DNA of 64,000 bases from Acidobacteriaceae bacterium (GTDB lineage: Bacteria > Acidobacteriota > Terriglobia > Bryobacterales > Bryobacteraceae): the NCBI GenBank assembly GCA_019244055.1, contig JAFATG010000082.1, positions 8,885 to 72,884 on the forward strand, read 5' to 3'. The notes below the pieces were generated by a model that was given only the letters and a program-made list of their open reading frames with translations, searched no databases and was not told the DNA's origin. This document shows, in pieces, positions 36,508-45,900 of this stretch; position 1 is the first letter of the stretch, and every line of letters starts with the position of its first letter. The translations under genes were made by a program, and so were the position numbers.

Positions 36508-39114
36508 TTGACTCCGCCACCCTCAATCGCCCATCTGAAAAGAATCGGACTGTTTTTCCTGCTTAGCAGTCTGCTTCTTTATCCTCTTGTCTTCTCCCGC
36601 CCGGTAAGACTGCACCTGACATTGGAAATGGCTTCGAGCACGCAGTCCACCGCGCAACTCTTCTTTGATACGGGACGCAGCTACACCGAGTGGCAGTCTA
36701 CGAAGGCCTCAGTCAATACAAACTCCCTCGCCGACTTCCAGTCCCTGTCGTTCAACCTGCCGCGCGCAGACATTCGGCAGTTGCGCCTTGACCCGCTCAT
36801 GACCGCAGGAACCGTTGTGCTGCGCAGTGTGGCGCTGCGCGATGGAAGGACGATTCTCCTCCGTGTTCCTTCGTCCGACCTTCTCCCGTTGGATCAGAGT
36901 GTAAAGCGCACGCAGACAGGCAATCAGGTTACATTTTCCGCCAGTGGAGGCGCCGAGAACCCACGGATCAGCTTTCTCCTGCGTGAACCGATCCGCCCGA
37001 ACCGGCTGATCCGCCGCGTCCGGCGCACCATTTTTTGGGCCGGTGTCGCAGTTCTGTTTCTTCTGGCGATTCTCCTGATCCTGTTCCGGGGTGCTGTTTC
37101 CACCGCAGGAGGATTTCTCTCTCCCGGCTTGAAACGTCTAGACGCTAGGTTCGCTCAGCTTGCGGCGCGCCTATCCAGTTCCGGTTTCCTCCCGCTCGAT
37201 TCCTATGCCATCTGGTTCTATTTTGCGTGCGTCGTATTGTTTGCAGGAGCTGTCGCCGCCGATCTGAACGGGTCCTCTGCAGGAATCTATCCGGCCGATT
37301 ATGGCCGTGGAGCAGAAGCGAGCACCTGGATCGGAACTCCCAAAGGTTCCCGATCCGACGAATGGGCCTACGTCACTCCGGACATTTTGAATCAGAGCTT
37401 ACGGCTCGATCGGTTCGAAGTTGCCCAGACAGAGTTGGGTTCGCATTCGGTCGCGCTGTTGGGCAATATTCCCGTAAGGCACGTTTCCACGCTCTTCCGC
37501 CCGCAGTTCTGGGGTTTCTTCTGCCTTCCCGTCGATTATGCGTTCGCATTCTATTGGCAATTTAAGACGCTGGTTCTGGTGCTCGGCGTATTTACCTGGC
37601 TGCTTTTGATCACCCGATCGACCTTTTGGTCTGTTACTGGCACGCTCTGGTATTACTTTTCGCCTCTGACGCAATGGGACTTTTCATGGCCCTCCGCCCT
37701 GCCTGAGATGATCGGCGCGCTTTGTCTCGGTGCTGTCTTCGCGTGCTATCTCACCGTGGGCAGGAGCAAGCCGTCGTTGCTCTTGGCGAGCCTCGGTCTT
37801 GCCGCGTGCGCCATCGAATTCGCGCTATGCGGATATCCGCCGCACATGATTCCACTCTTCTGGGTAGGCGCTTTCTTTTTCGTCGGATGGTGCATCGCAA
37901 ATCGCCGAAAGATTCTCGTTCCTGAATCCGTCGGTACGCGCGTCCTTGCGGGCGGTATTGCCATTGCCATCATCGCGGCAATCGGCTTCATCGCCTTTCG
38001 AGATCTTCATCAAGCCTTGATCGGAATAGCCCACACCGTCTACCCGGGCAAACGTGTCGAGAGCGGAGGCCGAAAGCCTTTTTTCTACCTTCTTTCTCAC
38101 TTCATGCAATGGACGGAGAGCGAAGGCCGGATCCCGTCGTTGTTGGGCAATCTATGTGAAGGCTCCGGATTTCTGTGGCTGGCGCCGGTCACTCTCGTTT
38201 GTTTCAGGCGACTCCAGTTGTCGCGAGTCCAGAAATTCGGGTTGGCCTCGCTCTGGCTGTCTTTCTCCGTTTTGCTGGCCTGGTATTTGTTGCCGATTCC
38301 GGGGAAGTTTGGCGCCATTCTCGGTCTCGATCGCACCGGTGGAGCACGCATTCTGAACGCGGCCGGCCTTGCAAATATCGCAATCGTGGTTCTTTGCGCC
38401 GCTTGTCTCGGACCGAACAGAATCAGCATGAGTAGACGCTGGATTCGCTGGGCTGCCCCGGCTTTCGGGTTTGTCGTTCTTTTTTTTGCGTTACGGTATG
38501 CGAATCGGAAGCTGGAGAATTTCTTTTCGCTCCGCCAAGTCTTGTTGTTTGCCGCCATAACGACGGTCCTCGTGTTCTTGTTCCTGGCCCGAACGAAGTG
38601 GGCGTTCGCCCTGGCTTTGGTTCTGCCGCAAGCAGTTGTTTTCGGGACGGCAAATCCTGTGGTGCGCGGGACTGGTGTCTTTACAAACTCGGAGTTGAAC
38701 CGTTTCATTCATCAGAACCCGAGTTTGCTGGCGGGCAAGTGGATCGTCTTTTCGGATAGTGTCGTGAACTCCGGGTTCCTAGCCGCAACCGGTTCCGACG
38801 TCTATACCGGCACGCACTACCTTCCCGATGTCGACCATTGGCCGCTGTTTGCCGCACACCACCTGGACATCACACTCTTGAACCGGTTGGGCTTTCTCGA
38901 CGCTCACCTTCGCCGACCCAACGAACCAATGAAGCTTGAGCTGCCGGAGACCATTGTCGTGCAGTGGGACGTAAGCCCTGCGGACCCGATTCTGAAGCAA
39001 CTCGGTATCAAGTACGTGGCTTCTGATCAACCTCTCGATCCGCGCTCGTCCAGCTTCGTGATCCCTCTTTCAGGCGGGCCGATTGATGGGCTTTGGCTTT
39101 ACCAGCTTCGCTGA
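36508..39114 (+). CDS. Large polytopic membrane protein (868 aa) with an N-terminal extracytoplasmic beta-rich domain; function unknown, possibly GT-C-like
   Basis: TTG start 3 nt after the upstream stop (TGA GGG TTG). TM1 is followed by an approximately 130-aa domain (QLFFDTGRSYTEWQS...LRLDPLMTAGTVVLRSVAL) and then many TM helices. A loop motif GSRSDEWAYVTPDILNQ is present. The soluble tail is about 130 aa. Confidence 0.65.
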   Translation: MTPPPSIAHLKRIGLFFLLSSLLLYPLVFSRPVRLHLTLEMASSTQSTAQLFFDTGRSYTEWQSTKASVNTNSLADFQSLSFNLPRADIRQLRLDPLMTAGTVVLRSVALRDGRTILLRVPSSDLLPLDQSVKRTQTGNQVTFSASGGAENPRISFLLREPIRPNRLIRRVRRTIFWAGVAVLFLLAILLILFRGAVSTAGGFLSPGLKRLDARFAQLAARLSSSGFLPLDSYAIWFYFACVVLFAGAVAADLNGSSAGIYPADYGRGAEASTWIGTPKGSRSDEWAYVTPDILNQSLRLDRFEVAQTELGSHSVALLGNIPVRHVSTLFRPQFWGFFCLPVDYAFAFYWQFKTLVLVLGVFTWLLLITRSTFWSVTGTLWYYFSPLTQWDFSWPSALPEMIGALCLGAVFACYLTVGRSKPSLLLASLGLAACAIEFALCGYPPHMIPLFWVGAFFFVGWCIANRRKILVPESVGTRVLAGGIAIAIIAAIGFIAFRDLHQALIGIAHTVYPGKRVESGGRKPFFYLLSHFMQWTESEGRIPSLLGNLCEGSGFLWLAPVTLVCFRRLQLSRVQKFGLASLWLSFSVLLAWYLLPIPGKFGAILGLDRTGGARILNAAGLANIAIVVLCAACLGPNRISMSRRWIRWAAPAFGFVVLFFALRYANRKLENFFSLRQVLLFAAITTVLVFLFLARTKWAFALALVLPQAVVFGTANPVVRGTGVFTNSELNRFIHQNPSLLAGKWIVFSDSVVNSGFLAATGSDVYTGTHYLPDVDHWPLFAAHHLDITLLNRLGFLDAHLRRPNEPMKLELPETIVVQWDVSPADPILKQLGIKYVASDQPLDPRSSSFVIPLSGGPIDGLWLYQLR

Positions 39115-39119
39115 TTCGT

Positions 39120-40853
39120 TCACTGTGTAACCCGCGTATTCACCTCGGCGATATCCGCTTCGCAGCCGCCCACATCAGTTGCGCGCGCTCGTATGTTGCG
39201 ATTTCCCTGCTCCATTTTCGATGGATCGAGGAGGACAGCCCAGCTTTCGTCTCGCTGCGGAAATCCAGGATAGACTGATTCAACATCGGGACGCCGGCCC
39301 TTAGGAGTTGACGCACCCGCATAAGCGCCATCGACGAAAATTGAGACCCCCCGTATCGGCTCGTATCCTGCTACCCAGCCGCTCACTTTCGGCGCTGAAG
39401 CGCGGATCGAGCCATTTGGTGCCGGTTGATCGATCGCACCAATTGGCAGCGAGTGGCACAACGGTCCTTTTTTGACCAGCCGTACGACCCATCCACTCGG
39501 AAAAATTGGAATTGTCACTACTGTTCCCGGAGCAGCAGCCTCGAATGCCGCAGCTTTCGCCGGGAACTGCAGATTCGGATACGCCGGATACCGCCAATCG
39601 GCGGCGATTCCGAACAGCATCGCTGTCAGGCCGGCGACGCTGACCGCTCGCACCCATGTGGAGCCGCCAACCAGTGCGCACCAGATCAATGCCCAGACGA
39701 AAGCCGTCATGGGAAGAAACCAATACCGCAACGCACCCGCCTGAAGCAAGACAGGCCATTGCGGAGTTGTCATGCTGACCTTCGGGCTCATCAAACCGGC
39801 GATCAAGGCCAGAAGGCAAAAAATGACAAACAGCTTGAGCTCCAGCTCAGCGCCCCTTAACGTGTAAACAATAACCGCTGTTCCCAGAACTGCGGCGGCA
39901 CAGAGCAGCCAAAGCGGTTTATGGGCCGGGTCATTCCTTTGTCCCAGCACCGCGCCCAAATACACCTGTCCGGCTAGCAATCGAATCAGCAACTCGGGTG
40001 TTGCTCCCAAACCAACTTTGGGCCGACTTGCGGCAGCCGTGCGAACCAGCGCAGATATTTGCATTCCTGAGGTCAGTACCAGGATTCCGGTCAAGGCTAG
40101 TGTCCAGCGTTGACGGCGAACCCACCAGAACACGATCGCGACGGGTATCAACAGCAGGGCAAACGGTCCGGTCAATCCACTCAGTAGGAGGAGCGTGCCA
40201 TCCAAGAGTCGTCCTGATACTGTCTTCGGAATCGCCGCGAGCATAACCATGCAGGCCATCAGCCCGAGATGCCACTGCGCATTCGTAATCGCAACGTGTA
40301 CTTCACGCGAGTTCGGCAGTGCGATGTACGCAACAGCCATCCAGCTCCGAACCGGTAACGGAGCCCAGTCGCGGCAACGCCAGGACAGCATTATATTCAC
40401 CGGCAAGACTTGGACCGTCAGGCCGATCAGGTTCATCAGTAATGGCGCAAACCGCAGCGGAACCAGTAAGGCTAGGGCGGCCACCAGGCGCGGAAGAGTT
40501 TGGAAATAGCCGCTGTGTGTGTGGAGTAGTGATATAGCCCAGCCGAACGAGTAGGCTTGCAGGTACCAGACTGCGCCATCTTCGGCAAAGAATTGAGGGT
40601 TGAGCAGCGCATCGGGTCTGCGCGAAATTACCATGGCGGCGGCTACTAGAAAAACCAAGATCTGCAGCTTCCAACCAATGCCGTCGTGGGAATCTGAGGC
40701 CGGAAAAATTCGCAATTTGATCCCGCCTTCAGCGGATCTGGTCACTCGATGATCTGACCTCAAACTCAATCGGAATACCTCAGGGTACAAGAGCAAGCAT
40801 CTGCATCTGCCACCCTCACATTCCCGCCCAGCGCATGAATATCGCCGCGACAA
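39120..40853 (-). CDS. Large polytopic membrane protein (up to 577 aa) with a C-terminal soluble beta-rich domain; function unknown, possibly GT-C-like
   Basis: It has about 11 TM segments and an early loop motif NPQFFAEDGAVWYLQAY. The C-terminal approximately 120 aa read VSGWVAGYEPIRGVSIFVDGAYAGASTPKGRRPDVESVYPGF. The track start TTG 40853 overlaps glpF by 38 nt. The real start is more likely one of TTG 40796, TTG 40769, GTG 40745 or TTG 40715. Confidence 0.65.
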   Translation of the reverse strand: MSRRYSCAGRECEGGRCRCLLLYPEVFRLSLRSDHRVTRSAEGGIKLRIFPASDSHDGIGWKLQILVFLVAAAMVISRRPDALLNPQFFAEDGAVWYLQAYSFGWAISLLHTHSGYFQTLPRLVAALALLVPLRFAPLLMNLIGLTVQVLPVNIMLSWRCRDWAPLPVRSWMAVAYIALPNSREVHVAITNAQWHLGLMACMVMLAAIPKTVSGRLLDGTLLLLSGLTGPFALLLIPVAIVFWWVRRQRWTLALTGILVLTSGMQISALVRTAAASRPKVGLGATPELLIRLLAGQVYLGAVLGQRNDPAHKPLWLLCAAAVLGTAVIVYTLRGAELELKLFVIFCLLALIAGLMSPKVSMTTPQWPVLLQAGALRYWFLPMTAFVWALIWCALVGGSTWVRAVSVAGLTAMLFGIAADWRYPAYPNLQFPAKAAAFEAAAPGTVVTIPIFPSGWVVRLVKKGPLCHSLPIGAIDQPAPNGSIRASAPKVSGWVAGYEPIRGVSIFVDGAYAGASTPKGRRPDVESVYPGFPQRDESWAVLLDPSKMEQGNRNIRARATDVGGCEADIAEVNTRVTQ

Positions 40854-41544
40854 TCCCTCCGGCTATCGGTCCGAAGATCGGCACCCATGAGTAGCTCCAG
40901 TCTGACGTCCCTTTTCCCGCAATCGGAAGCAGCGTATGCATGATTCTCGGCCCAAGATCGCGTGCTGGATTGATGGCATATCCTGTGGTGCCGCCAAGCG
41001 AAAGCCCAATGCTCCACACCAGCGCTCCCACCAGCCACGGGCCCAATCCAGCCGCAATACCGCCCGGCGCGATCCGTTTTGAGACCAGCGCGGCGGCCAC
41101 TACCACCAGCACGAATGTACCGATCACCTCACTTAGAAAATTGCTGGCCGGCTTGCGAACCGCCGGTCCCGTTGAAAAGCAGCTCAGTTTCTTGCCCGAA
41201 TCGGCGGTCAGATCCCAATGCGGCAAATAGAAAAGCCACACCAGAGTGGCCCCCAACATCGCCCCGGCGATCTGCGCCGGGATATATGTCCAAAGCCTCT
41301 CAGGACGTCCGGTCATGATGACCGAAGCGACGGTAAACGCTGGATTCAGATGAGCATCTGGATCGCCCATAGAAATGCTCACCGCGACTGCCGCAAATAC
41401 GGCCAGACCCCATCCCGTCGCAATTGCCATCCATCCCGCGCCTTCCGCTTTCGAGCGCGCCAGCAACACTCCTCCCACTACGCCGTTTCCCAACAGAATC
41501 AGAATCATCGTTCCGACAAACTCGCCTAAAACGGCTGCTTCCAT
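40816..41544 (-). CDS. glpF: Aquaglyceroporin / glycerol uptake facilitator (MIP family)
   Basis: Two NPA boxes are present (HLNPAFT and INPARDLGPR). ATG 41544 (MEAAVLGEFVGT) is preferred over GTG 41562. It lies downstream of glpK-glpD. Confidence 0.88.
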   Translation of the reverse strand: MEAAVLGEFVGTMILILLGNGVVGGVLLARSKAEGAGWMAIATGWGLAVFAAVAVSISMGDPDAHLNPAFTVASVIMTGRPERLWTYIPAQIAGAMLGATLVWLFYLPHWDLTADSGKKLSCFSTGPAVRKPASNFLSEVIGTFVLVVVAAALVSKRIAPGGIAAGLGPWLVGALVWSIGLSLGGTTGYAINPARDLGPRIMHTLLPIAGKGTSDWSYSWVPIFGPIAGGIVAAIFMRWAGM

Positions 41545-41585
41545 AGAGTCCCTGGTTCCCACCTTTCGTCAGTCGGATTTGCCAA

Positions 41586-43160
41586 TCATTCGCTCCACAC
41601 ATACTGCGCGGCCAGCGTACGGAATCGCGACAATTGCTCTTCCTGCCATTCCTCACTTCGGCCGAGCTCTTTGGCCAGCAAGCGCACCGTTTCAGGAGCT
41701 GCTTCGATGCTCGCCCGCGCGTTCAGGAAGAGCGCGCGTGTTCGCCGCGCTAGCACGTCTTCCACGGTCCGCGCCATCTCGTACCGCGCTGCCCAAACCA
41801 CCTCTGCTTTCCGGAACGGCAGCTCCGGGTGCAGATATTTATCTAAGTCAGGGTCTTCTTCAGCCAGACTGTGCAGTAAAGGCAGATCGGCGCCGTAGAC
41901 CCGCTCCCAATCATTGTTCACTTCCGAGGTTAAGCTCCATCCGTGCAGTCGGAGATTGGCTGTCTTCGATGGCGCGCTCGGCAATCCCGCGAGAGGAGCC
42001 GCGCGATCCACCACATCTTCGCCCATCCTGCGATAGGTTGTCCATTTCCCGCCCGTGATCGTAACCAGTTTCGAAGTTGAGATGAGGACCGTGTGATCTC
42101 GCGAAATCGCTGCAGTCCGAGTCGCGTCGCCTTGCCGCACCAGCGGTCGCTGTCCCGACCACACGCTTTGAATCTCTGCAGGATCCGGCCGCCCTCCGAG
42201 AAATTGTTCGATGTGTTTCATCAGGAAGCGTCGCTCATCCGGCATCGGCTGCGGTTCGTAGCGCGGCTCCGGTACCGGATCATCAGTCGTGCCTACCAGC
42301 ACGTGCTCATGCCAGGGAATCGCAAATAGTACACGCCCGTCCGATGTTCGCGGGATCATCATCGCGGAATTGCCGGGCAGAAAACGGCGAGGAAGCACGA
42401 AATGTGATCCCTGGCTTACGGCAATTACCGGCTCAGTTGCGGGCTCATCCATCGCTCGCAACTCGTCCGAGAAAATACCCGCCGCATTCACCACAACTCT
42501 GCCGCAGCACTCGAAGCGCTCGCCTGTTTCGCCATCCGTAGCCACAACTCCGCTCACATTACCGGCAGACTTCACGAGCCCAGTCACCCGCGCGTAGTTC
42601 AGTGCGGTTCCCCCCAGGTCGACAAATGTGCGCAGGAGCGCGATCGCGTACCGCGCATCATCAAACTGCCCGTCGTAATAGAGCACTCCGCCCTTTAATC
42701 CGGTATCGCGAACCGTCGGCAATGCCTGCCTGGTACCGCGCCTGGCGAGGATACGGGATCGCCCGATGCTTTCCCGGCCAGCCAGCAAATCATAAGCCGT
42801 CAGCCCTGCTCCATAGAACGGCAGTTCCCACAGCGCATAGATTGGGATGACAAACGATCTTCGGTGCACCAGATGAGACGCGTTTCGCAACATGCGTCCG
42901 CGCTCGCGCAGCGCCTCCAAGACCAGCTTCAGGTCTCCTTGCTGCAGATAGCGGACGCCCCCGTGAACCAGTTTGGTGCTGCGGCTCGATGTGGCCTTAG
43001 CGAAATCTTCCGCCTCGAGCAGTAGAGTGCGATATCCGCGCGAAACGGCTTCCAACGCGGTCCCCAGACCGGTCGCGCCCCCACCGGCCACAATCAAGTC
43101 CCACTCACGGTTCTCGCCGATCTCCCGCAGAAAGTCTTCCCGCAGAAGCTTTGCGGTCAT
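41586..43160 (-). CDS. glpD: FAD-dependent glycerol-3-phosphate dehydrogenase
   Basis: ATG 43160 (MTAKLLREDF) lies 4 nt after the glpK stop; the track start at 43313 would overlap glpK. Contains the FAD motif WDLIVAGGGATGLGTALEAVSRGYRTLLLEAEDFAKATSSRSTKLVHGGVRYL. Confidence 0.9.
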   Translation of the reverse strand: MTAKLLREDFLREIGENREWDLIVAGGGATGLGTALEAVSRGYRTLLLEAEDFAKATSSRSTKLVHGGVRYLQQGDLKLVLEALRERGRMLRNASHLVHRRSFVIPIYALWELPFYGAGLTAYDLLAGRESIGRSRILARRGTRQALPTVRDTGLKGGVLYYDGQFDDARYAIALLRTFVDLGGTALNYARVTGLVKSAGNVSGVVATDGETGERFECCGRVVVNAAGIFSDELRAMDEPATEPVIAVSQGSHFVLPRRFLPGNSAMMIPRTSDGRVLFAIPWHEHVLVGTTDDPVPEPRYEPQPMPDERRFLMKHIEQFLGGRPDPAEIQSVWSGQRPLVRQGDATRTAAISRDHTVLISTSKLVTITGGKWTTYRRMGEDVVDRAAPLAGLPSAPSKTANLRLHGWSLTSEVNNDWERVYGADLPLLHSLAEEDPDLDKYLHPELPFRKAEVVWAARYEMARTVEDVLARRTRALFLNARASIEAAPETVRLLAKELGRSEEWQEEQLSRFRTLAAQYVWSE

Positions 43161-43164
43161 GCTC

Positions 43165-44655
43165 TCAAGCCGTTTCCCACTTTCGCGATCGATGCAACGC
43201 GCGCGCCCATCCCGCCAGACGTGCGTCTCGCGCTCCCTTCCCCAGCATTGGCGCGAATTGCCGGTCCGCTGTCCACTGGCTTTGAATCGTTTCCCGATCG
43301 GGCCAGTACCCAACCGCCAATCCGGCCAGATAGGTCGCTCCCAGCACAGTGGTCTCCGGATTTGCTGGCCGCGTAACCGGCACGCCCAGTAAATCGGCTT
43401 GGATCTGCATTAGCAAATCGTTACGAGCGGCTCCGCCATCGACGCGCAGTTCCTTGACAGGCACGCCCGAATCGCTCTCCATCGCGCATAGAATGTCGGA
43501 CACTTGAAAGGCGATGCCCTCCAGCGCGGCCCGAGCAATGTGCGCGCGCTTTGTGCCCCGTGTGACTCCGACAATGGCGCCCCGCGCGTATTGATCCCAA
43601 TGGGGAGCCCCGAGCCCTGAAAATGCCGGGACCAAATAGACGCCCGCGGTATCTGGAACACTCGCGGCTAATTCTTCAATTTCCGATGCGCTTCGAATCA
43701 TCTGCAGCTCATCGCGCAGCCATTGCACCACAGCGCCCGCAATGAACACGCTGCCCTCGAGCGCGTATTCCGTCTTTCCATTTACTCGCCATGCCACTGT
43801 CGTGAGCAATCTGGTCTTCGATGCAACCGGTTGATCGCCCGTATTAAGCAGCATGAAAGCGCCCGTGCCATAGGTACACTTGACCATCCCGGCTTGGGTG
43901 CACATCTGCCCGAAGAGCGCCGCTTGCTGATCTCCTGCGATTCCCGCGATTGGCACGCCTTTGAGCACGCCCGAACTCTCGCCGCACACTTCGCTCGATC
44001 CCACAACTTCCGGCAGCAGCGATCGCGGAATCTTCAACAATTGCAGCAGCTCATCATCCCATTGCTGCGTGCGCAAATCGAAGAGCATCGTTCGCGAAGC
44101 ATTCGTCACATCAGTGATGTGCCGCTTTCCCTCGGTCAGCTTCCAGATGAGCCAAGTGTCCACCGTTCCGAACGCCAGCTCTCCACGCTCCGCGCGTTCC
44201 CGCGCGCCCGGCACATTGTCCAGCATCCAGCGGATCTTACTGGCTGAAAAATAGGCATCAACTACGAGCCCGGTCCTGCGCTGAATCAGAGGCTCATGCC
44301 CTTGCTCACGAAGCTGATCGCAGAATCCGGAGGTCCGCCGGTCCTGCCACACGATCGCATTGTGAATCGGCTCGCCGCTCTTCTTATTCCACAGAATTGC
44401 CGTCTCGCGTTGATTCGTGATGCCGATCGCGGCAACGGAATCGGGCCGAGCATTCGCCTGTGCGAGCGCTTCCATGGCAACACCGAATTGCGAGGACCAG
44501 ATCTCCATAGGGTCGTGCTCCACCCACCCTGGCCTCGGGAAAATTTGCCTGAACGGCGTCTGCGCGTGCCCATGCACGCCGCCATCTTCCCCTAGTACAA
44601 TGGCGCGCGAACTGGTTGTCCCCTGATCTAGCGCCAGAATGTACTTCATTGACAC
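43165..44655 (-). CDS. glpK: Glycerol kinase
   Basis: 496 aa, starting [20 protein letters not shown]. Contains the FGGY-family motifs [12 protein letters not shown] and [22 protein letters not shown]. Confidence 0.95.
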   Translation of the reverse strand: MSMKYILALDQGTTSSRAIVLGEDGGVHGHAQTPFRQIFPRPGWVEHDPMEIWSSQFGVAMEALAQANARPDSVAAIGITNQRETAILWNKKSGEPIHNAIVWQDRRTSGFCDQLREQGHEPLIQRRTGLVVDAYFSASKIRWMLDNVPGARERAERGELAFGTVDTWLIWKLTEGKRHITDVTNASRTMLFDLRTQQWDDELLQLLKIPRSLLPEVVGSSEVCGESSGVLKGVPIAGIAGDQQAALFGQMCTQAGMVKCTYGTGAFMLLNTGDQPVASKTRLLTTVAWRVNGKTEYALEGSVFIAGAVVQWLRDELQMIRSASEIEELAASVPDTAGVYLVPAFSGLGAPHWDQYARGAIVGVTRGTKRAHIARAALEGIAFQVSDILCAMESDSGVPVKELRVDGGAARNDLLMQIQADLLGVPVTRPANPETTVLGATYLAGLAVGYWPDRETIQSQWTADRQFAPMLGKGARDARLAGWARALHRSRKWETA

Positions 44656-44756
44656 ATCCCGCGAACTGCCGAGGAGAGTTCCTTTGATTTGCGCATCACA
44701 AGAGCGTATCAGGAGCGGCTGGCATAAACTGCCAGAAGATCATGTCCGCAGCGGGG

Positions 44757-45260
44757 CTAATTCTTCGGGCCGACTTGCTCTGTACGCCCGGCCAGCGGCT
44801 TCACCGTCGGACCGCCGCAGACTCCAACTCCGGTATTCTGAAGCGCCTGTAACAAATTGAAGAGGACGGCGTATACTACTTGCTCGGTCACAGGTTGCCT
44901 TCCCGGCATCCGAAATGTTCCGGGCAGTTCTTTTGTGATCTGTACGCGCACCGCGTTGGGAATGGTCCGTCCCGATCGGTCGCGTTGATTCGCCAGAGAA
45001 AGCGGCGTCTGCAGAACGCTCCCCGTTTTGCCGTCGACATAAAATTGGCAGCGCGAAAACCAGCCAAGATTCCCAGGGTCGGCCGCATCGAACAACAGCA
45101 GAGGCGCTTGGCGGTCGGCTACGGCCAGATCGAGCGACATCACGCGTTGCTGATCGTCAATCTTATATTCAAAGCCCGCCTGCTTCGCGACATTCCCGAC
45201 GACCTCCGGGTCAATCTCTAACAATAGATACTTGGCCTCTCCGGCTTCCAGCACTTGCAT
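44757..45260 (-). CDS. Hypothetical protein (167 aa), no recognised family
   Basis: The ORF has protein-like composition and sits 43 nt downstream of the macro-domain gene on the same strand. It has no obvious SD, signal peptide or TM helix. Confidence 0.45.
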   Translation of the reverse strand: MQVLEAGEAKYLLLEIDPEVVGNVAKQAGFEYKIDDQQRVMSLDLAVADRQAPLLLFDAADPGNLGWFSRCQFYVDGKTGSVLQTPLSLANQRDRSGRTIPNAVRVQITKELPGTFRMPGRQPVTEQVVYAVLFNLLQALQNTGVGVCGGPTVKPLAGRTEQVGPKN

Positions 45261-45303
45261 TCGGCTTACGATATTTTAACTTTCGGGGTTCGACCGCGGG
45301 GCC

Positions 45304-45882
45304 TTAGCTCCTAGGAGCGGCACTGGCGCGCAGGTCTTGCGCATGCCGCTGGTAGACTTCATGGTCTGATGCGCTGAACTGCACCAGCTTTACAATTCGC
45401 ACCGAGCTTGTGTGTTCGCGAAGCCACTCCGTTACAGTCCGCACCGCAATATCCGCCGCTTCCTCGATCGGGTAACCGTAAATACCGGTGCTGATGGAAG
45501 GAAAGCTGATGGTGGCCAGTTCTCGTTCCGCGGCCATGTCCAGGCATTTCGTGTAACACGATGCAAGCTGCGCTGGTTCATCGTGCTGTCCATCCCGGTA
45601 CCTCGGCCCGACTGCGTGAAACACATATCTTGCCGGTAGCCGGCCGGCGCTCGTTACTACTGCGCTTCCTGTTTCACACTGCCCTATTTGTTTCCGGATC
45701 TCATCGAGCTCGAGCATGATCTGCGGCCCTCCCGCGCGGTGTATGGCTCCATCCACTCCACCGCCTCCGGCCAGGCTCGAATTCGCCGCGTTCACGATTG
45801 CATCCACCGCGATTTTCGTTATATCGCCCTTCAGAAGCTGCAGTTGGGATAGCCCGAGGTGAATCACGAAATCGGAGCTCAT
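45304..45882 (-). CDS. Macro-domain protein (YmdB/O-acetyl-ADP-ribose deacetylase-like)
   Basis: Contains GDITKIAVDAIVNAANSSLAGGGGVDGAIHRAGG and ISFPSISTGIYGYP, the canonical ADP-ribose-binding motifs. Confidence 0.88.
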   Translation of the reverse strand: MSSDFVIHLGLSQLQLLKGDITKIAVDAIVNAANSSLAGGGGVDGAIHRAGGPQIMLELDEIRKQIGQCETGSAVVTSAGRLPARYVFHAVGPRYRDGQHDEPAQLASCYTKCLDMAAERELATISFPSISTGIYGYPIEEAADIAVRTVTEWLREHTSSVRIVKLVQFSASDHEVYQRHAQDLRASAAPRS

Positions 45883-45900
45883 GGATTGCAGCCTTTCTCG

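Noticed and set aside
45304-45882. The macro-domain gene as a DarG-like antitoxin of a DarTG system.
   Set aside because: The protein is a short stand-alone YmdB-like macro domain without the DarG C-terminal domain. The neighbouring 167-aa ORF lies downstream rather than upstream and shows nothing I can recognise as a DarT (DUF4433) fold.
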